Positions 46,093-62,665 of a stretch of 64,000 nt of DNA are shown piece after piece. Made by a program: the position numbers and the translations under genes. Under the pieces are notes generated by a model. It saw only the letters and a list, made by a program, of their open reading frames with translations. It was not told the origin of the DNA and did not search any database. The DNA is from the human T2T-CHM13v2.0 reference genome, Homo sapiens. The stretch is from the NCBI RefSeq assembly GCF_009914755.1, contig NC_060931.1; one strand, 5' to 3'. The stretch's first letter is position 1. The number at the start of each line of letters is the position of its first letter.

Positions 46093-47381
46093 CCTTGGTC
46101 TTGAGCTGCTTGAGAGAGGAAATGACTTGTTCAGGCAGCCTCTCCTCTGTTTAGCACAGAGCGTGGGACCCAGAATGTGCTCAACACTCACTGGATGGCT
46201 AAATTAACGTGGCAAATGCCAGCGCCTAGACTGCTTCCTAAACAACATTCACCTGCTCAACCTCATATTCCATCTGCTCAGGAAGTCTCTCAAAAGGCAG
46301 CTGCTTCCCCAACTTGATGTTCCTCAGTCAGCTGGGATGTTTTCCTCAGCATCAATGGCTCTCTGAAAAGCACTTACATTATATGAATTTGTGTTCATTG
46401 CCAGCAGCATAAAACCTCTTTCCGAGTCTTGTTTCCAAAAATTTCCAGGAAACAGTTTAACACCCAAATCATCTGAATTTGGGTGTTGAAAACAGGAACA
46501 TAGGTAACAGGTGTTTCTGCTGCTCTGGCCAGGAAAAGAGGAAAATTTCAACCATGTTGAAACCTTTGTTATTGAAATGACACACACACCACGAGAAAAT
46601 AATGATTACAATCTGACCATGCAATATTACCAGACTGGTATTATATAAGCCCCGAGTACATTCCCTTAGATGACATCCCCATTGATTTCATCCGCACCGT
46701 TAGGATAACCATCTGCAGACTCAGCCTCAAGGATTTATCGCCTCCTGGTTCTGCTGCTAGAACAAGTGCCCACTGTTGATAAGATCAGGAGGCTGATTTA
46801 ACAAATTGAACTTTAATATGATTTTCCTAAGAAAATTTATCATCCCCAATTCCCCTCTGGCTTGTTGAAACAGTCCCCACAGGAGATGAAGAGATAAGGA
46901 AGTTCTGAAACAGCATGGCCTTTAGGCTCAGCCCTACCCTGATTCTTGGATCAAGCTTTGTGGCTGTATGGGCACAGCCCACATCCAAGAGCTCCCAAAG
47001 AAACATAAGTGAGGTTGGGAAAAGACTGACTCAGAGACATCAAAGCTCCTGCGGTGTGGCGCAGGGACCCTGAGCTGACCCCAGGCAAAGGTAGGATGGG
47101 CACATCCATCCAGGCTGCTGACAGCCTCATCTGAGTCCCCCTGGAACTGATGTGCTCCAAACACCCCGATTCCCTGAAGCCAGACCTTGTGTCTTTGCTG
47201 CCCTCTCCTCTATCAAAACTTGTTTTCAGACAGAATATCTGATGAACTTATTCAAACTGAAATGCTGACTTCCCTAGAATAATTATAACGAATTGTTCAT
47301 TGCCTAGCTCCTTCCATTGGAATATAAGCTCCAGAAGGCTAGTGCTGCTTATGCCTTTACTTAACAGATTATCAATACATC

Positions 47382-47689
47382 TTTTTTGTTTTATTTTTAT
47401 TTTTATATATTTATTTTGAGATGGAGTCTCCCTCTGTCCTCCAGGCTAGAGTGCAGTGGCATGATCTTGGCTCACTGCAACCTCCGCCTTCTGGGTTCCA
47501 GTGATTCTCCCAACTCGGTCTCCTGAGTAGCTGGGACTACAGGTGCATGCCACCACACCTGGCTAACTTTTGTATTTTTAGTAGAGATAGGGTTGGCCAG
47601 GCTGGTCTCGAACTCCTGACCTCAAGTGATCCACCCGCCACGGCCTCCCAAAGTTCTGTGATTACAGGTGTGAGCCACTGCACCAGGCT
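47382..47689 (-). mobile_element. AluS (within L2 remnant)
   Basis: Antisense Alu with a small internal deletion. Confidence 0.94.
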
Positions 47690-47975
47690 CCAGTATGTCT
47701 GTTTTGAAAGAATTAATGAATAAAGGGCATATGCTTGGGCATGCAAATGCTGTCTCACTGACCCCCAGAAAAGAAGAGGGGTAGGAAAGAGAGAAGAAAA
47801 TATCTGCCTATTGCTTTAAAAAAAAAAAAAAGAAAAGAAAAAAGGCCGGGGACTCCTAGGCCTAAATATACCCAAATGATTATACTTGTAAATTTGTATG
47901 GTTCAAAGAAATTTAATATTTGTAAAGTGCTTAGAACAGTGCCCAGCTCATAGAAAACAATATATGAGTTTCTTA

Positions 47976-48432
<457 letters not shown>

Positions 48433-48820
48433 CTAACTCCATTTCTCTCCTCCTTCCCTCTTAATCCAACCAAATTGCACTTTGTGTTTTTCCAATTTAA
48501 GGCTATTGCTGCTGTTTATTCTTACCTGCTTGTGTTTGGTCTGGGAATGTTAGAGGTTGGGAAGGGCCCCCTGCCCCTATACCCTGAGGGAGCAGTCCTT
48601 CTAAAAGCCCAGCAACGAATAAGCTCCTGTGATACCCCAGCTGCATTTTAATAGTCTGGAACTCAAGAAATACCTCTGTGAAGGTGTAACTTTGGGGATA
48701 CTGAAAGGGTCCAACTTGGCCCCTTAGGTCTCACTGAATATGTAACTAGCCCATTTGTAAGATCAGACCTGGTGGGTCAGTTCAGCATTGCTTTCCTTCT
48801 TTGAGGTCATGATTGTTTTT

Positions 48821-48862
48821 GATAATGAAGATACGAAGATGATGATGATGAAGATGAAGACA
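48821..48862. repeat. (GAT/GAA)n microsatellite
   Basis: gataatgaagatacgaagatgatgatgatgaagatgaagac. Confidence 0.75.
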
Positions 48863-48895
48863 ATGGCTTCAATTCAGTGTGTTTGACACATTCTA

Positions 48896-49239
<344 letters not shown>

Positions 49240-49249
49240 GCTCTTTTTA

Positions 49250-49590
49250 AAAATTAATTACCCTATATAATCCTAGAAATAGCTATCATTTTTATCTCCC
49301 TGTTTTACAGACTTACAAAGGTTATCTAACTTTCCCAGGGTCCAAATAGCTTATAACTAGCAAGGCAGAGATTCAAACTCAGGTCTGGCGTTATTCATAT
49401 GTACTGTGCTAAAGGCCATGCTTATATTATCTCTAATTCTTGCCACAATACTGCAAGGGAGGTATTAGTGGCCCTTTTTTATAGCTGTGACAGATGAAGT
49501 TCAGAGGAGCTAGTGACTTGTTCAAGGTTACAGCTGAAAAGTGACGGAGCTGGTATCTGAACTGAGAATTTTTAAGTGTTTTAACATGCA
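49250..49590 (-). mobile_element. Two tandem MIR remnants
   Basis: ttttacagac..aaggttatctaacttt.ccagggtc; gttcagaggagctagtgacttgttcaaggttacag. Confidence 0.65.
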
Positions 49591-49927
49591 GTTTTGTTGT
49601 TCTAGAATTGTGAGTCGTTATTATTGTCTCCTTTAAATTAAAAAAATTCAGATTTTCAATAATAAGCATATATAATTTTTATTTGCATTTTTATAGTCTT
49701 TTTATTATGAAAGTAATATATGAATGCATGCTTATTGTAAAAAAAACTTACCACTTTAGAAGTTATATTACTTTTATACTGAGGAGAAAAGATTATAAAA
49801 CTATTATTGCATGTTTCTGTAGGTTTACTGATGACTTCATTCTTGTTATCACTAGCAATTTTTAAAGAGAGAAATGGGGCAATACCCCCATTTTTCAAAT
49901 AAAGGCCCTGGTAAGTAGTGAGAGTGC

Positions 49928-50026
49928 TTTTTTTTTTTGCAATGGAGTGCAGTGGCACAATCTCGGCTCACTGCAACCTCTGCCTCCTGGATTCAACTGA
50001 TTCTCCTGCCTCAGCCTCCCAAGTAG
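49928..50026 (-). mobile_element. Alu right-arm fragment
   Basis: ggagtgcagtggcacaatctcggctcactgcaacc..cctcccaagtag. Confidence 0.9.
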
Positions 50027-50319
50027 AGTGCTCTTCACCATTGGTTTATGTTGAGAGATTCAGCACATCTCTCATCCTCCTGCTTCTACTTGGTCTCCCA
50101 ATACTAGGGCAGTCAGGGTAGGCTTCCGTGGTGCCAAAGGGAGACAAGCTTCTCTTGTGTCTCCTGGAGAGGCAGTGTGGGTTACAGTCTGGTGGGGTGC
50201 AGGGTGCTGGGGATAGATCAAGCACATAAGGAAGTATTGGTGGTGATGAAGATCTTGAAACCCTGAGGATCACTAGGATCAGAGCAGGACAAAGCTGGTC
50301 CAGTAAAGTGGAGAAATTG

Positions 50320-51040
<721 letters not shown>

Positions 51041-51180
51041 CAAGTATAGCCAGTATCGCCCTGCAGTCCTAGCCAAAGGGAAAAGAGGGCAAAAAGAAGA
51101 GCTGTCAGCCTCCCAGGAAGTGGGGCATGAGAGAAAGGGACCAGGATGGTAGCTCTAATGACCCCCGAGCCTGTCCCCTC

Positions 51181-51502
<322 letters not shown>

Positions 51503-52406
51503 CCACTTTTTTTAAATAGACCATTTTTTAGAACAGTATTAGAGTTATAGAAAATGTTTAAAGGCAGTGCAGAAACTTCTCATATACCCTTCACCAAGTT
51601 TCCCCTATTATTAACATCTTACATCAGTATTGAACATTTGCTACAATCAATGAGCCAAGATTGACATATGACTATTAATTAGAGTCCATTGTTTTTTCAG
51701 ATGTCCTTACTTTTTCTGCAACACTCTTTTTTTATTCCAGAATACCACATAACATTCCACTGTCGTGTCTCCTTAGCCTCATTTTAACTGGGCTGGTTTC
51801 TTAGACTTTCCTTGTTTTTGAGGTCTTTGACAGTTTTGATCAGTACTAGTCAGGTATTTTATAGGATGCCCCCTCTATTGGAATTTGTCTGATGTTCTTC
51901 TCATGACAATACTGGGGTGTTGGGTTATTGGGAGGAAAGCCACAGAGGTAAAGTGCCATTACATCACTTCATATCAAGGGTACACACTATCAGCTTGATT
52001 TGTGACTGTTGATGTTGATCTTGATCACCTGGCTGGGGCAATGTTCGTCAGGTTTCTGTATGTAAAGTTACTCTTTTTCCCTCTTCTCAGTATTGTACTT
52101 TTTGGAAGGAAATCACTATGCATGGTCCATTCCTAGAGACTAAGGAATTATGTCCCCCTCCTGGAGGGTGGAATATCTACATACATTATTTGGGATTCTT
52201 CTGCACAGGAGATTTCTCTCCTGTTTCCTATTTATTGATTTATTCAATACTTTATTTATATCAGTGTGGACTCATAAATATTTTATACTTTGGGTTATAA
52301 TCCAATACTACTTTATCGTGTTGCTCAAATTGTTCCAGATTGACCACTGGGAGCTTCTTCGGTTGCCTCCTGTGTTCCCTTGACACACCTCTATCAATGC
52401 ATTTCC

Positions 52407-52448
52407 GTGTGTGTGTGTGTGTGTGTGTGCATGCACGCACACACGCGC
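52407..52448. repeat. (TG)n/(CA)n microsatellite
   Basis: Alternating purine-pyrimidine tract. Confidence 0.9.
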
Positions 52449-52676
52449 AGTTTCTCATCTTCTGGCACTACAAGATGCTCCAAGCTTATCTTGTATATTT
52501 CTTGCCCTAGTCCTAGAATCTGTCATTTCTCCAAGGATCCCTGGTTCCTGTTATCGGAAAATGATATTTGAAAGGAAGATCTGGATGTTAGGTATCCTTG
52601 TTGCCATCAAGGTATTGTTTTTTGTCAGCCCTCTGAGCTGACAGCAAAAAAATATTTGCTTATGTATGCTAACTGA

Positions 52677-53027
<351 letters not shown>

Positions 53028-54574
53028 TAGCTATATTAAGCTAAACATGAGTTCATAAGATGTGTCCAACTGTAATCTTTTACTACATGAATCCACCTAG
53101 GTCCCGATCCTTGCTGATCTGTAAATTTCTGCTCTGATAGTGATAAACCCGGCTCCCACATCTGCTATTCATTCACTTAATTGTTCACTTCCAATATACA
53201 TGTATAGCAGTATCAGAACTGTTGACCCATACCCCTGTGGTTCACAACCTATCAACTTGTATAAACTCAGTGCTTTATCAACTAGAGCACAGTGCTTAGG
53301 TGCTGTTTCTTTTCTTTTGTCTTCAGTCTTAGAGATTTCATTAATTACCAGTTACTTGGGTCAGCATCATTTCTCTTGTCCCCGTCAGTGAGGTTGTTTC
53401 ATATATTTGTAACAGAGTTAGATTCTCTTGTCATAGTCTGCACTCCTTCCTGGGACTCGTCAACTTCCTCAATGATTTTTTAAAATGTACATACATTAAG
53501 CTTCACTCTTTGTGCCACAAAAATTCTATGGGTTTTGACAAATAGATAATAATATATATGCATAATGTCATGCACCAATACAGTATAATACAGAATAATT
53601 TTACTGCTTAAACACCTCTGTACTTCACATATTCATTCCTCCCCTCATCCCTTTGGATACCTGGAAACCACTGATCATTTTATTGGCTGTATAGATTTTC
53701 CTTTTCCAGAATGTCATGTCACTGGAATCATACAATATATAACTTTTTAAGACTTTCTTAGAAACTTTATTTCCATCACATATTTTTGTGGCTTGATAGA
53801 GAGCTCATTTCTTTTTATCACTGAATAATATTCCAGAGTATGAGTTAGCATAGTTTGTTGATCCATTTACCTCTTGAAGGACATCTTGGCTGCTTCCAGT
53901 TTTTGACAATTATGAATAAAGTTCTAAATACATGGATGTGCAGGTTTCTGTGTGAACAAAAGTTTTTATATCCACTGGGTAAGTACCCAAGAGTGTGATT
54001 CTGAGATCATGTTAAAAGTCTATGTTTAGCTTTGCAAGAAACTGCCAAACTGTCTTCCAAAGTGACTGTACCATTTTGCATTCCCATCAGCAATGAATGA
54101 GGGCTCCTGTTGCTCTCAGCCTTCCCTTTTAATTCAAATCACAAACTCACTACATGAAGAAAAGCTCCTAGCCAATCTCCTTGCCACAGAAGGCAGAGTT
54201 TCCATAAGAAAAGATTATGCCTGGGGCACAAGTCCTCAGTATCCACCATGTCCATAACTCGAGGAGCCATGAGTTCATGGCAAATACCTGGGACTCCCAT
54301 ATTTTTGCAGTATGAGGGGAAGTGATGATTCTCTGAATGAAATAAGAGAATAAGATGTAGAGGATACCCAAGATAGCTGAACTTCTCATTACACAGTCAG
54401 ACAGTAGTTTTGTGATATCAAAAAGGAACTTCATTAATCAACACTCAAGATGAACATATGTAACCTAGGTCCCAAATTTCCCCACATACATGATAGTCAG
54501 GACAAATTAACCAGTGGGAGCCTTTAAAGTTTGAAAATGTGACATAGCAGAGCAACTAAGAACGTGCTAGCTTT

Positions 54575-54740
54575 TTCATTCATCAATGCTCAACCTCAAA
54601 GATCCACTGAGCCTGTGCTATGTGCCAGTCACGTGCAAGATGCTAGCATCCCGGAACTCAAAGTACAACGGAGGAGCCCAGCATGTCCCCAGATCATCAC
54701 TATCCGATGTGGTACATGTAATATCAAAGAAACACACATT
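54575..54740 (-). mobile_element. L2 3' end
   Basis: ttcattcatcaa..actgagcctgtgctatgtgccag. Confidence 0.55.
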
Positions 54741-56244
54741 GACTTTGGAGCTGATGATACAAATCTGGTTAGGAAAAGAGAACAAGTTCAGTGGCCATTT
54801 CAAGAACAGCCTTTGCATCCAAGGAACCTGGCCAATCAACCTGAGGGGCCATAATTACTTTTTCAGGCTTATGCTAAATTACTGCAATAAGATTTGTGTA
54901 GATGGATTTGAAGGAGGGGATGAATTCCCTCGTGTTTTTGAGGCTATTATGGAGGAAAGGGTGGCAGGGGGCAGAGGAAGAAATCCAGTGGTGGAGCAGC
55001 CCTGGGCAGAGAGAAGCAGAGACGTTTATTATGGGAGCAGCTGTACCCCACACTCACCAGTTTCCGAAGCTTCCCTCTCATTTGGAGAGAAGACAGCACA
55101 CATTTTAAGGACACAGTAGATTGCAAGCAATTGATGGGTCAACACGGCTGGCTGGGCTGGTGATTTTGTAATTACGAAGCAGATTTTTTAGACAGAATGG
55201 TTACCCCAACTGTGTAATTAAGAGGATCGTTAAGGAATGTTGCTGGGCTGTGCATCACCCTGGGGCTAGAGCTACCACATGGTTACAACAGAAAAAAGCA
55301 GTCAGGCTTCATCACAGGGCCATTGCTAATTAATTGAAACAAATATTTGCAATAACAATTCCTATAGATGATATATTTGCAACAGTTGAATGCTGAGAGA
55401 ATCTTGACAGAGAGGTCTGATCGGGGTGAAAACAATAGAAAAACAGGTGGTAGTCCCCAGGTTAGAGAAAACAAATGGGCTGGTTGAAATTGGATGGCCT
55501 TGGTGCAGTTTTAGTTGAATCCAACTCTGTAGCACTGGTTTGGACCTTACTTTGTCTAGCATATTTACTGTAGAATGGGCCTGGCTAAACTGGAGAAATT
55601 CCAGAAACTAACAAGAGTGATTTGAGTTGGAAAACAGCACCTAGGAGGAAGGTGAGGAAAAAGAGACAATTTAGTCTGGACTATGTCTGCATAACATGTT
55701 AATAAAGACTTTCAAAATTATGAGAAGTTTTCCTCTCCAAGAATAGAAATTAGCCATGTCCATCTCCTCTTAGCACAAAGAAGGCATAAACATCAACTGC
55801 AGAATGAGGAATTTGAACTAAGCAAAAATTTTGATGTTTTAGATTCTAAAATAAGAGACTACACAGATATTTGATCTAATTCCCGTGAACACTTTTTAGA
55901 ACTGCAGAGAGGCTATAAATCCCAACACAGGTCCCTCCGTGTTCTGCACAAACTTTCATTTTGCTTCGTGTTATTCTAGACATCTTCTTGGTTGGAAATC
56001 ATTAAACTGCCTTTGTTAGATGAAAGTAGTACTTTGGTAAAAAATATAGGCCAAATCATTAACAAAGGACCCGATCTCATGTATCAGAAGTGGGGTCAGT
56101 TTGTAGCTTATAACTGAATCCACTTAAGGCTTAGCCATGGGTTATATATTCTTCAGAGGTGGCTTCCAACCTTAGGATTCTAGAAATGACCACTTTCTTT
56201 CTATCTCCAGTGACTGCTACTGTGCTCAACCCGTAGTAGGTGCT

Positions 56245-56378
56245 CAGTGAACATTGCTACTAGAGATCATGCGTAATATAAATCCTCAGTGTTCTTGTTC
56301 AAAATGCAGATGAAATCAGAATCTCAGGAAATTTACATTTTAAATAACATCTCCCAGTGATTTTGAAAACTCCTGGCT
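56245..56378. mobile_element. MER5-family remnant
   Basis: cttgttcaaaatgcagat..aaatcagaatctc..cattttaaataacatctcccagtgatt. Confidence 0.6.
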
Positions 56379-56892
56379 TAGGGCAACCAAACTTCAGCAC
56401 TGGGCTTGAAGTAATCTTCCTGGGAACAGCATCCTGGGAGAAAACGCTAGGATTTCAGTGATCAGAGGGAGAAGCTCTTATCTGGTTAACAAATTCAAGC
56501 TGTAGCTACTCAGCCAGCCAGGTTGTCATGCATAGATAAAAAACAGAAAGACCTGCTGAAATGACCCTAGATGTGTCCTGTGCTGCACAATGCCTCACTG
56601 GGCGTGCAGAGGTTCTGTGAGAAGTTGACAAATGCATTGCTCTCAGGGCCTAATTATGAATCAGTTTGTTCCAGCAGCCCCCTTCACTTCTGCAGGGGTT
56701 TGGCCAGGCAAGTAGGCACATCACTGGTAACAGACAGAGGTGCACAAGACCCTCAGTGCTCCAAAAGCCATGTTCCTTCAGCCATGATGTGAGAAACCAC
56801 AGGAGACATCTAGCACCTTCCTAGTTTGTCAATTTTATTCAGTGTTCAGTAACTAAAAAAAATTTTTTTTTTACATTAAAACCAAGGTGGTG

Positions 56893-57042
56893 GGCCAGGC
56901 TCGGTGGCTCACACCTATAATCCCAGCACTTTGGGAGGCCAAAGCAGGTGGATCACCTGAGGTCAGAAGTTAGAGACCAGCCTGGCCAACATGGTCAGGG
57001 CCACAGAGTGAGACCCTGTCTCAAAAATAAAAAATAAAAAAA
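56893..57042 (+). mobile_element. Internally deleted AluS
   Basis: Left arm to ccaacatggt fused to the right-arm terminus; flanks aaaaccaagg/aaccccaagg. Confidence 0.88.
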
Positions 57043-57103
57043 CCCCAAGGCATACATATTATCTTATAGAATGAAAAATTCACATCTTTTTTTCTTTTTT
57101 TTT

Positions 57104-57444
<341 letters not shown>

Positions 57445-57533
57445 TCAAAGAAATTTCTCCCCTAATAACGTTCTGTTAGAGGCTCCAGAACCCCAGGGCT
57501 ATGCACTTACTCTCCTCTAAGGATTGTTCAGAG

Positions 57534-57708
57534 CAGCGCTGTTCCTAGAACTTTCTTCGACCAAAGAAATGTTCTGTATAGACACATATGCTATTGAGCC
57601 CTTGAAATGTGGCTGGTGAGACTGAGGAACTGAATTTTTAACTGCATTCCATTTTATTTAATTTGAATTTGAATAGCCACATGCAGCTATCAGCTACTGC
57701 ATGGGGCA
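57534..57708. mobile_element. MER3 hAT DNA transposon
   Basis: cagcgctgt..tagaactttc..gaaatgttct..cttgaaatgtggct.gtgagactgaggaactgaatttt..tagccacatg. Confidence 0.85.
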
Positions 57709-57734
57709 AGTTTAAAGGAAAAGTTTACATTTTA

Positions 57735-58307
<573 letters not shown>

Positions 58308-58694
58308 TCAACAAGATCTTAGGAATCCCGGAGGCAGTCATCTTCAAGTTCATCTTATAGGAGTGGAAACTGAGGCTTGGGGGTGGAAATATGTATTGTC
58401 CCAGTGACTTGGTGAATGAAATGGTGCTAGCACTCTCAGCCTCCAGCCACCGTGAGCTCCTTCCTGTACTGCACCTGTGTCCTTCTCAGGGAAAGATGAT
58501 GGATTGTTTTTCTCTGGCCTGTGAGGTTGCAAAATTTCAAAACAAGACAATGTCCTTGTAATTTGACCATATGTACCACATGATTTACAAATGCCCCTCT
58601 GACCTAGTGATTCTTGTACTAGTAATTTATCCAAAGTAAATCATGGGGAAATGTGAACAATGTTGGAAATTAAGTAGAAAAAAAATAAGAAAAT

Positions 58695-58699
58695 TGTGC

Positions 58700-58731
<32 letters not shown>
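58695..58731. repeat. (TG)n microsatellite
   Basis: tgtgcgtgcg(tg)n. Confidence 0.92.
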
Positions 58732-58732
58732 A

Positions 58733-59437
<705 letters not shown>

Positions 59438-59530
59438 TAGAAAATATATAGTGATTATCTCTAAGTAGTAAGGTTATAGGTGATTTTAGTTTTCTGCTTT
59501 GTGCTTTCTGTACTATAATTGGAAAGGCCA

Positions 59531-59531
59531 T

Positions 59532-59570
<39 letters not shown>

Positions 59571-59853
59571 TTTTTGAGACGGAGTCTTACTCTGTTGCCC
59601 AGGCTGGAACGCAGTGGCGCGATCTCAGCTCACTGCAAGCTCTGCCTCCCAGGTTCACGCCATTCTCCTGCCTCAGCCTCCCGAGCTAGGGCTACAGGCA
59701 CCCACCACCACGCCCAGCTAATTTTTTGTATTTTTAGTAGAGATGGGGTTTCTCCATGTTAGCCAGGATGGTCTCGATCTCCTGACCTCATGATCTGCCC
59801 GCCTCGGCCTCCCAAAGTGCTGGGATTACAGGCGTGAGCCACCGCGCCCGGCC
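59531..59853 (-). mobile_element. AluY with (TTTA)n tail
   Basis: Y diagnostics; TSD tggaaaggcca. Confidence 0.96.
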
Positions 59854-60674
59854 TGGAAAGGCCAATTATTGATAAACACTGGCACTTCATTTATTAATAG
59901 TGTTTCAGTATGTCATATTCAGTGAAAGTCTGTAACATCATCTTCACTGTTGCGGACACACATAGTGTGCTTTGGTCCTGCCTCCAGGGAGTGGATGTTC
60001 TAGGTCAGTATGGAATTTTCCAGATCCCCTTCACTTCCCATGTAAGTTTTCTCTGCAGAGGGCCCTGTGTGAAGGAGGCATGTTCAGGAGGGGCAGTGCC
60101 CATGGGCAAGAAACAGGTAGCCTATGGTCAAAATGTGCAGCCTCATAGGCACCTGGTAGGAAAAGCAGTGCCTTAATTTACAAAAAGTCAACTTCTAGGC
60201 TAACAGTAGCCCTGTGTGGGCATGCTCTTTAGTATCAGCAACTTGATCATATTCACAGTGAAATGCAAACCTGGCAAAAACATGCAGGGGCTACATGGGA
60301 AGTCGCCCTCACGAGAGCCTTCAAAACTCGAGCAAATGCCAATATTTCAAGCATACCTAATTTCTAACCACACACATGCAATTCCAGGCTCATCTCTTCC
60401 CTGAGGTGGTGATAGGTTGAAACTGAGGGGCTTCACTTTTGAAAGCATTTGCTGATAGAATGTGGGGTTTTTGAAAGCAATTGCTGACAGAACACAGCTA
60501 AGAACTAAGCAATGGTCTCTAAGGTGTTGAGAGAGCTCATTGCAGAAGCGAGCCAGTTCCTCCCAGACCACTGACAGATGCAGGATCAGTTGAGAGCTGG
60601 GCTTTCCATTGTGATGTGCTGCTCCTACTGAGAACATGCTGCTGTGTAGGCAGGACACGTAACGTTGCATTATA

Positions 60675-60729
60675 CATCTCCCAGCTTGCCACGTCTCCCA
60701 GCTTGCCACATCTTCCAGCTTGCCACATC
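60675..60729. repeat. 17-bp tandem repeat, about 3.2 copies
   Basis: catctcccagcttgcca / cgtctcccagcttgcca / catcttccagcttgcca / catc. Confidence 0.95.
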
Positions 60730-61231
60730 CTGTTATGTTGCATCCCATCAGCCTAAGTCATGATGGAGGCAAACACAACCTGGGGTGACATGTAGCACTT
60801 TGTAATGCATCGTAGCATTTAAGTCTACATCGGCCAAGTTGCACACATCAGCTTGGACACAAGATGCTCATTATTCAGAGAGTGTGATCTAATGTGCAGG
60901 GACTGCTGGCTGAGGGTATAAACTGCACCAAGGGAGAGCATGTATGTCACACTCCGTCTGAGAGCCAAAGTTCATCCACTACATTGAATTCCCATTTCTC
61001 CACTGGAAAACTCCACAACCACCAAGTCCTTGTGAGAGGGGATCTGATAAACAAAACATTCCAAATGCCTCCAGTGCGCTGTGGGAAGAATCATGCCCTG
61101 TGCAGAGACTTTCAAGTATTGATGCTGATGAGTAGTAAGATGGTTTCTGAAGCATGTGACTGGATGACAGCTGGCACCTCCACTCAGATTAATACTAACT
61201 GACTTACTTGGAGTTTAAACTTAGAATCTTT

Positions 61232-61598
61232 GGAATACTATGCAGCCATCAAAAAGAATGAGATCATGTCCTTTGCAGCAAAATAGATGTAGCTAGAGGC
61301 CATTATTCTAAGAGAATTAATGCAGGAACCAAAAACCATATACCACATGTTCTCACTCACAAGTGGGAGCTAAACACTGGGAACACATGGACACAAAGAG
61401 GGGAATAATAGACACTGGGACCTACTTGAAGGTGGAGGGTGGGAGGAGGGTAAGGGTCAAAAAACTACCTATCAAGTACTATACTCACTACCTGGGTGAT
61501 GAAATCATTTGTACACCAAACCCCAGCAACACTCAATTTACCCATGTAACAAATTGGCACACATACCCACTGAACCTAAAATAAAAGCTGGAAAAAAA
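61232..61598 (+). mobile_element. L1PA (PA15/16-like) 3' end
   Basis: ggaatactatgcagcca..gaatgagatcatgtcctttgcag..ctacctatc..tttacccatgtaacaaa..aacctaaaataaaag; degenerate TSD actta(ga/tg)atcttt. Confidence 0.92.
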
Positions 61599-62274
61599 TA
61601 CTTATGATCTTTTGATTATCCTTCTTCTAACCAGGAGATTTATATACATGGGACTTTTCAAGAGAGCTGTGATGATGAGTGATGAATGAATGAATGTCTT
61701 AAGGCTTGAAAGCCAACCCTTCACTACAAATAAAGGTTTGACACCAGAATTCTACAATCTTCTTCTCCAGTCACTCCTTGAAGGCCCGGGCTCTGATACT
61801 CAAGGGAAGGCTTATGCTCTCCAAACCCAACTCAAGGAGCAATAATGGGGCAGCCAGCCCTGAAAGACTAAGAAGCATTGGCATATGGCTCAAGCCGTTA
61901 GTTTCTCAACTGGCTGGGAATCCTCACAGTTTCCTTGTATGAAAGAGGGATTTGCTGCAATTTCAGGAGGGCTTCAAGAGCTCATCAGCTCCCTTTGGAT
62001 TAATAGGAGCTTTCTATTGTATCCTTTTTGAAAATTTCATGTTCTGAGATACTCTTGGCCCAGTCAGAGGGCAAGGAAAGCATCAGGAAGGACAGTCAGG
62101 CTCCATTTCTCAGGAGAGTGTTTTTATAAAGTAGAATTGGAATCTTCCAATGGACAAGAGGCCTGCCCAGTGACTGGGGGTAAGTAGAAGGCCCAGCGCC
62201 ATGGTGATGTCAGGTAACCTCTTAGCCCACAAACCCCCACCAGCCTCTCCTGATGTGACTAAATTCTTACCTTT

Positions 62275-62626
62275 ACCCTTAGTTGAGACTATTTGATTGG
62301 CAGTAACAGAAATCCACTTAACGTAACTCAATCGAAAAAGTGCAGCTAGGCCAGGCACAGTGGCCTACGACTGTAATCCCAGCACTTTGGGAGGCCGAGG
62401 CAGGAGGATTACTGGAGGCCAGGAGTTGGAGACCAGCGTGGGCAATAGAGCAAGACCCCTGTCTCTACCAAAAAAAAAAAAAATTACTTGGGGTTGGTCC
62501 CAGCTACTTGAGAGACTGAGGCAGGAAGATTGCTTGAGCCCAGGAGTTGGAAGCTGCCGTGAGCTAGGATCATGACACTGCACTCCATCCTGGGTAACAG
62601 AGTGAGACCTGGTCTCTTAAAAAAAA

Positions 62627-62665
<39 letters not shown>

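Noticed and set aside
54586-55119. 177-aa ORF
   Set aside because: It starts in an L2 remnant and has no recognisable homology; length is compatible with chance.
60675-60729. CRISPR-like array
   Set aside because: The units are contiguous with no spacers, and the context is eukaryotic.
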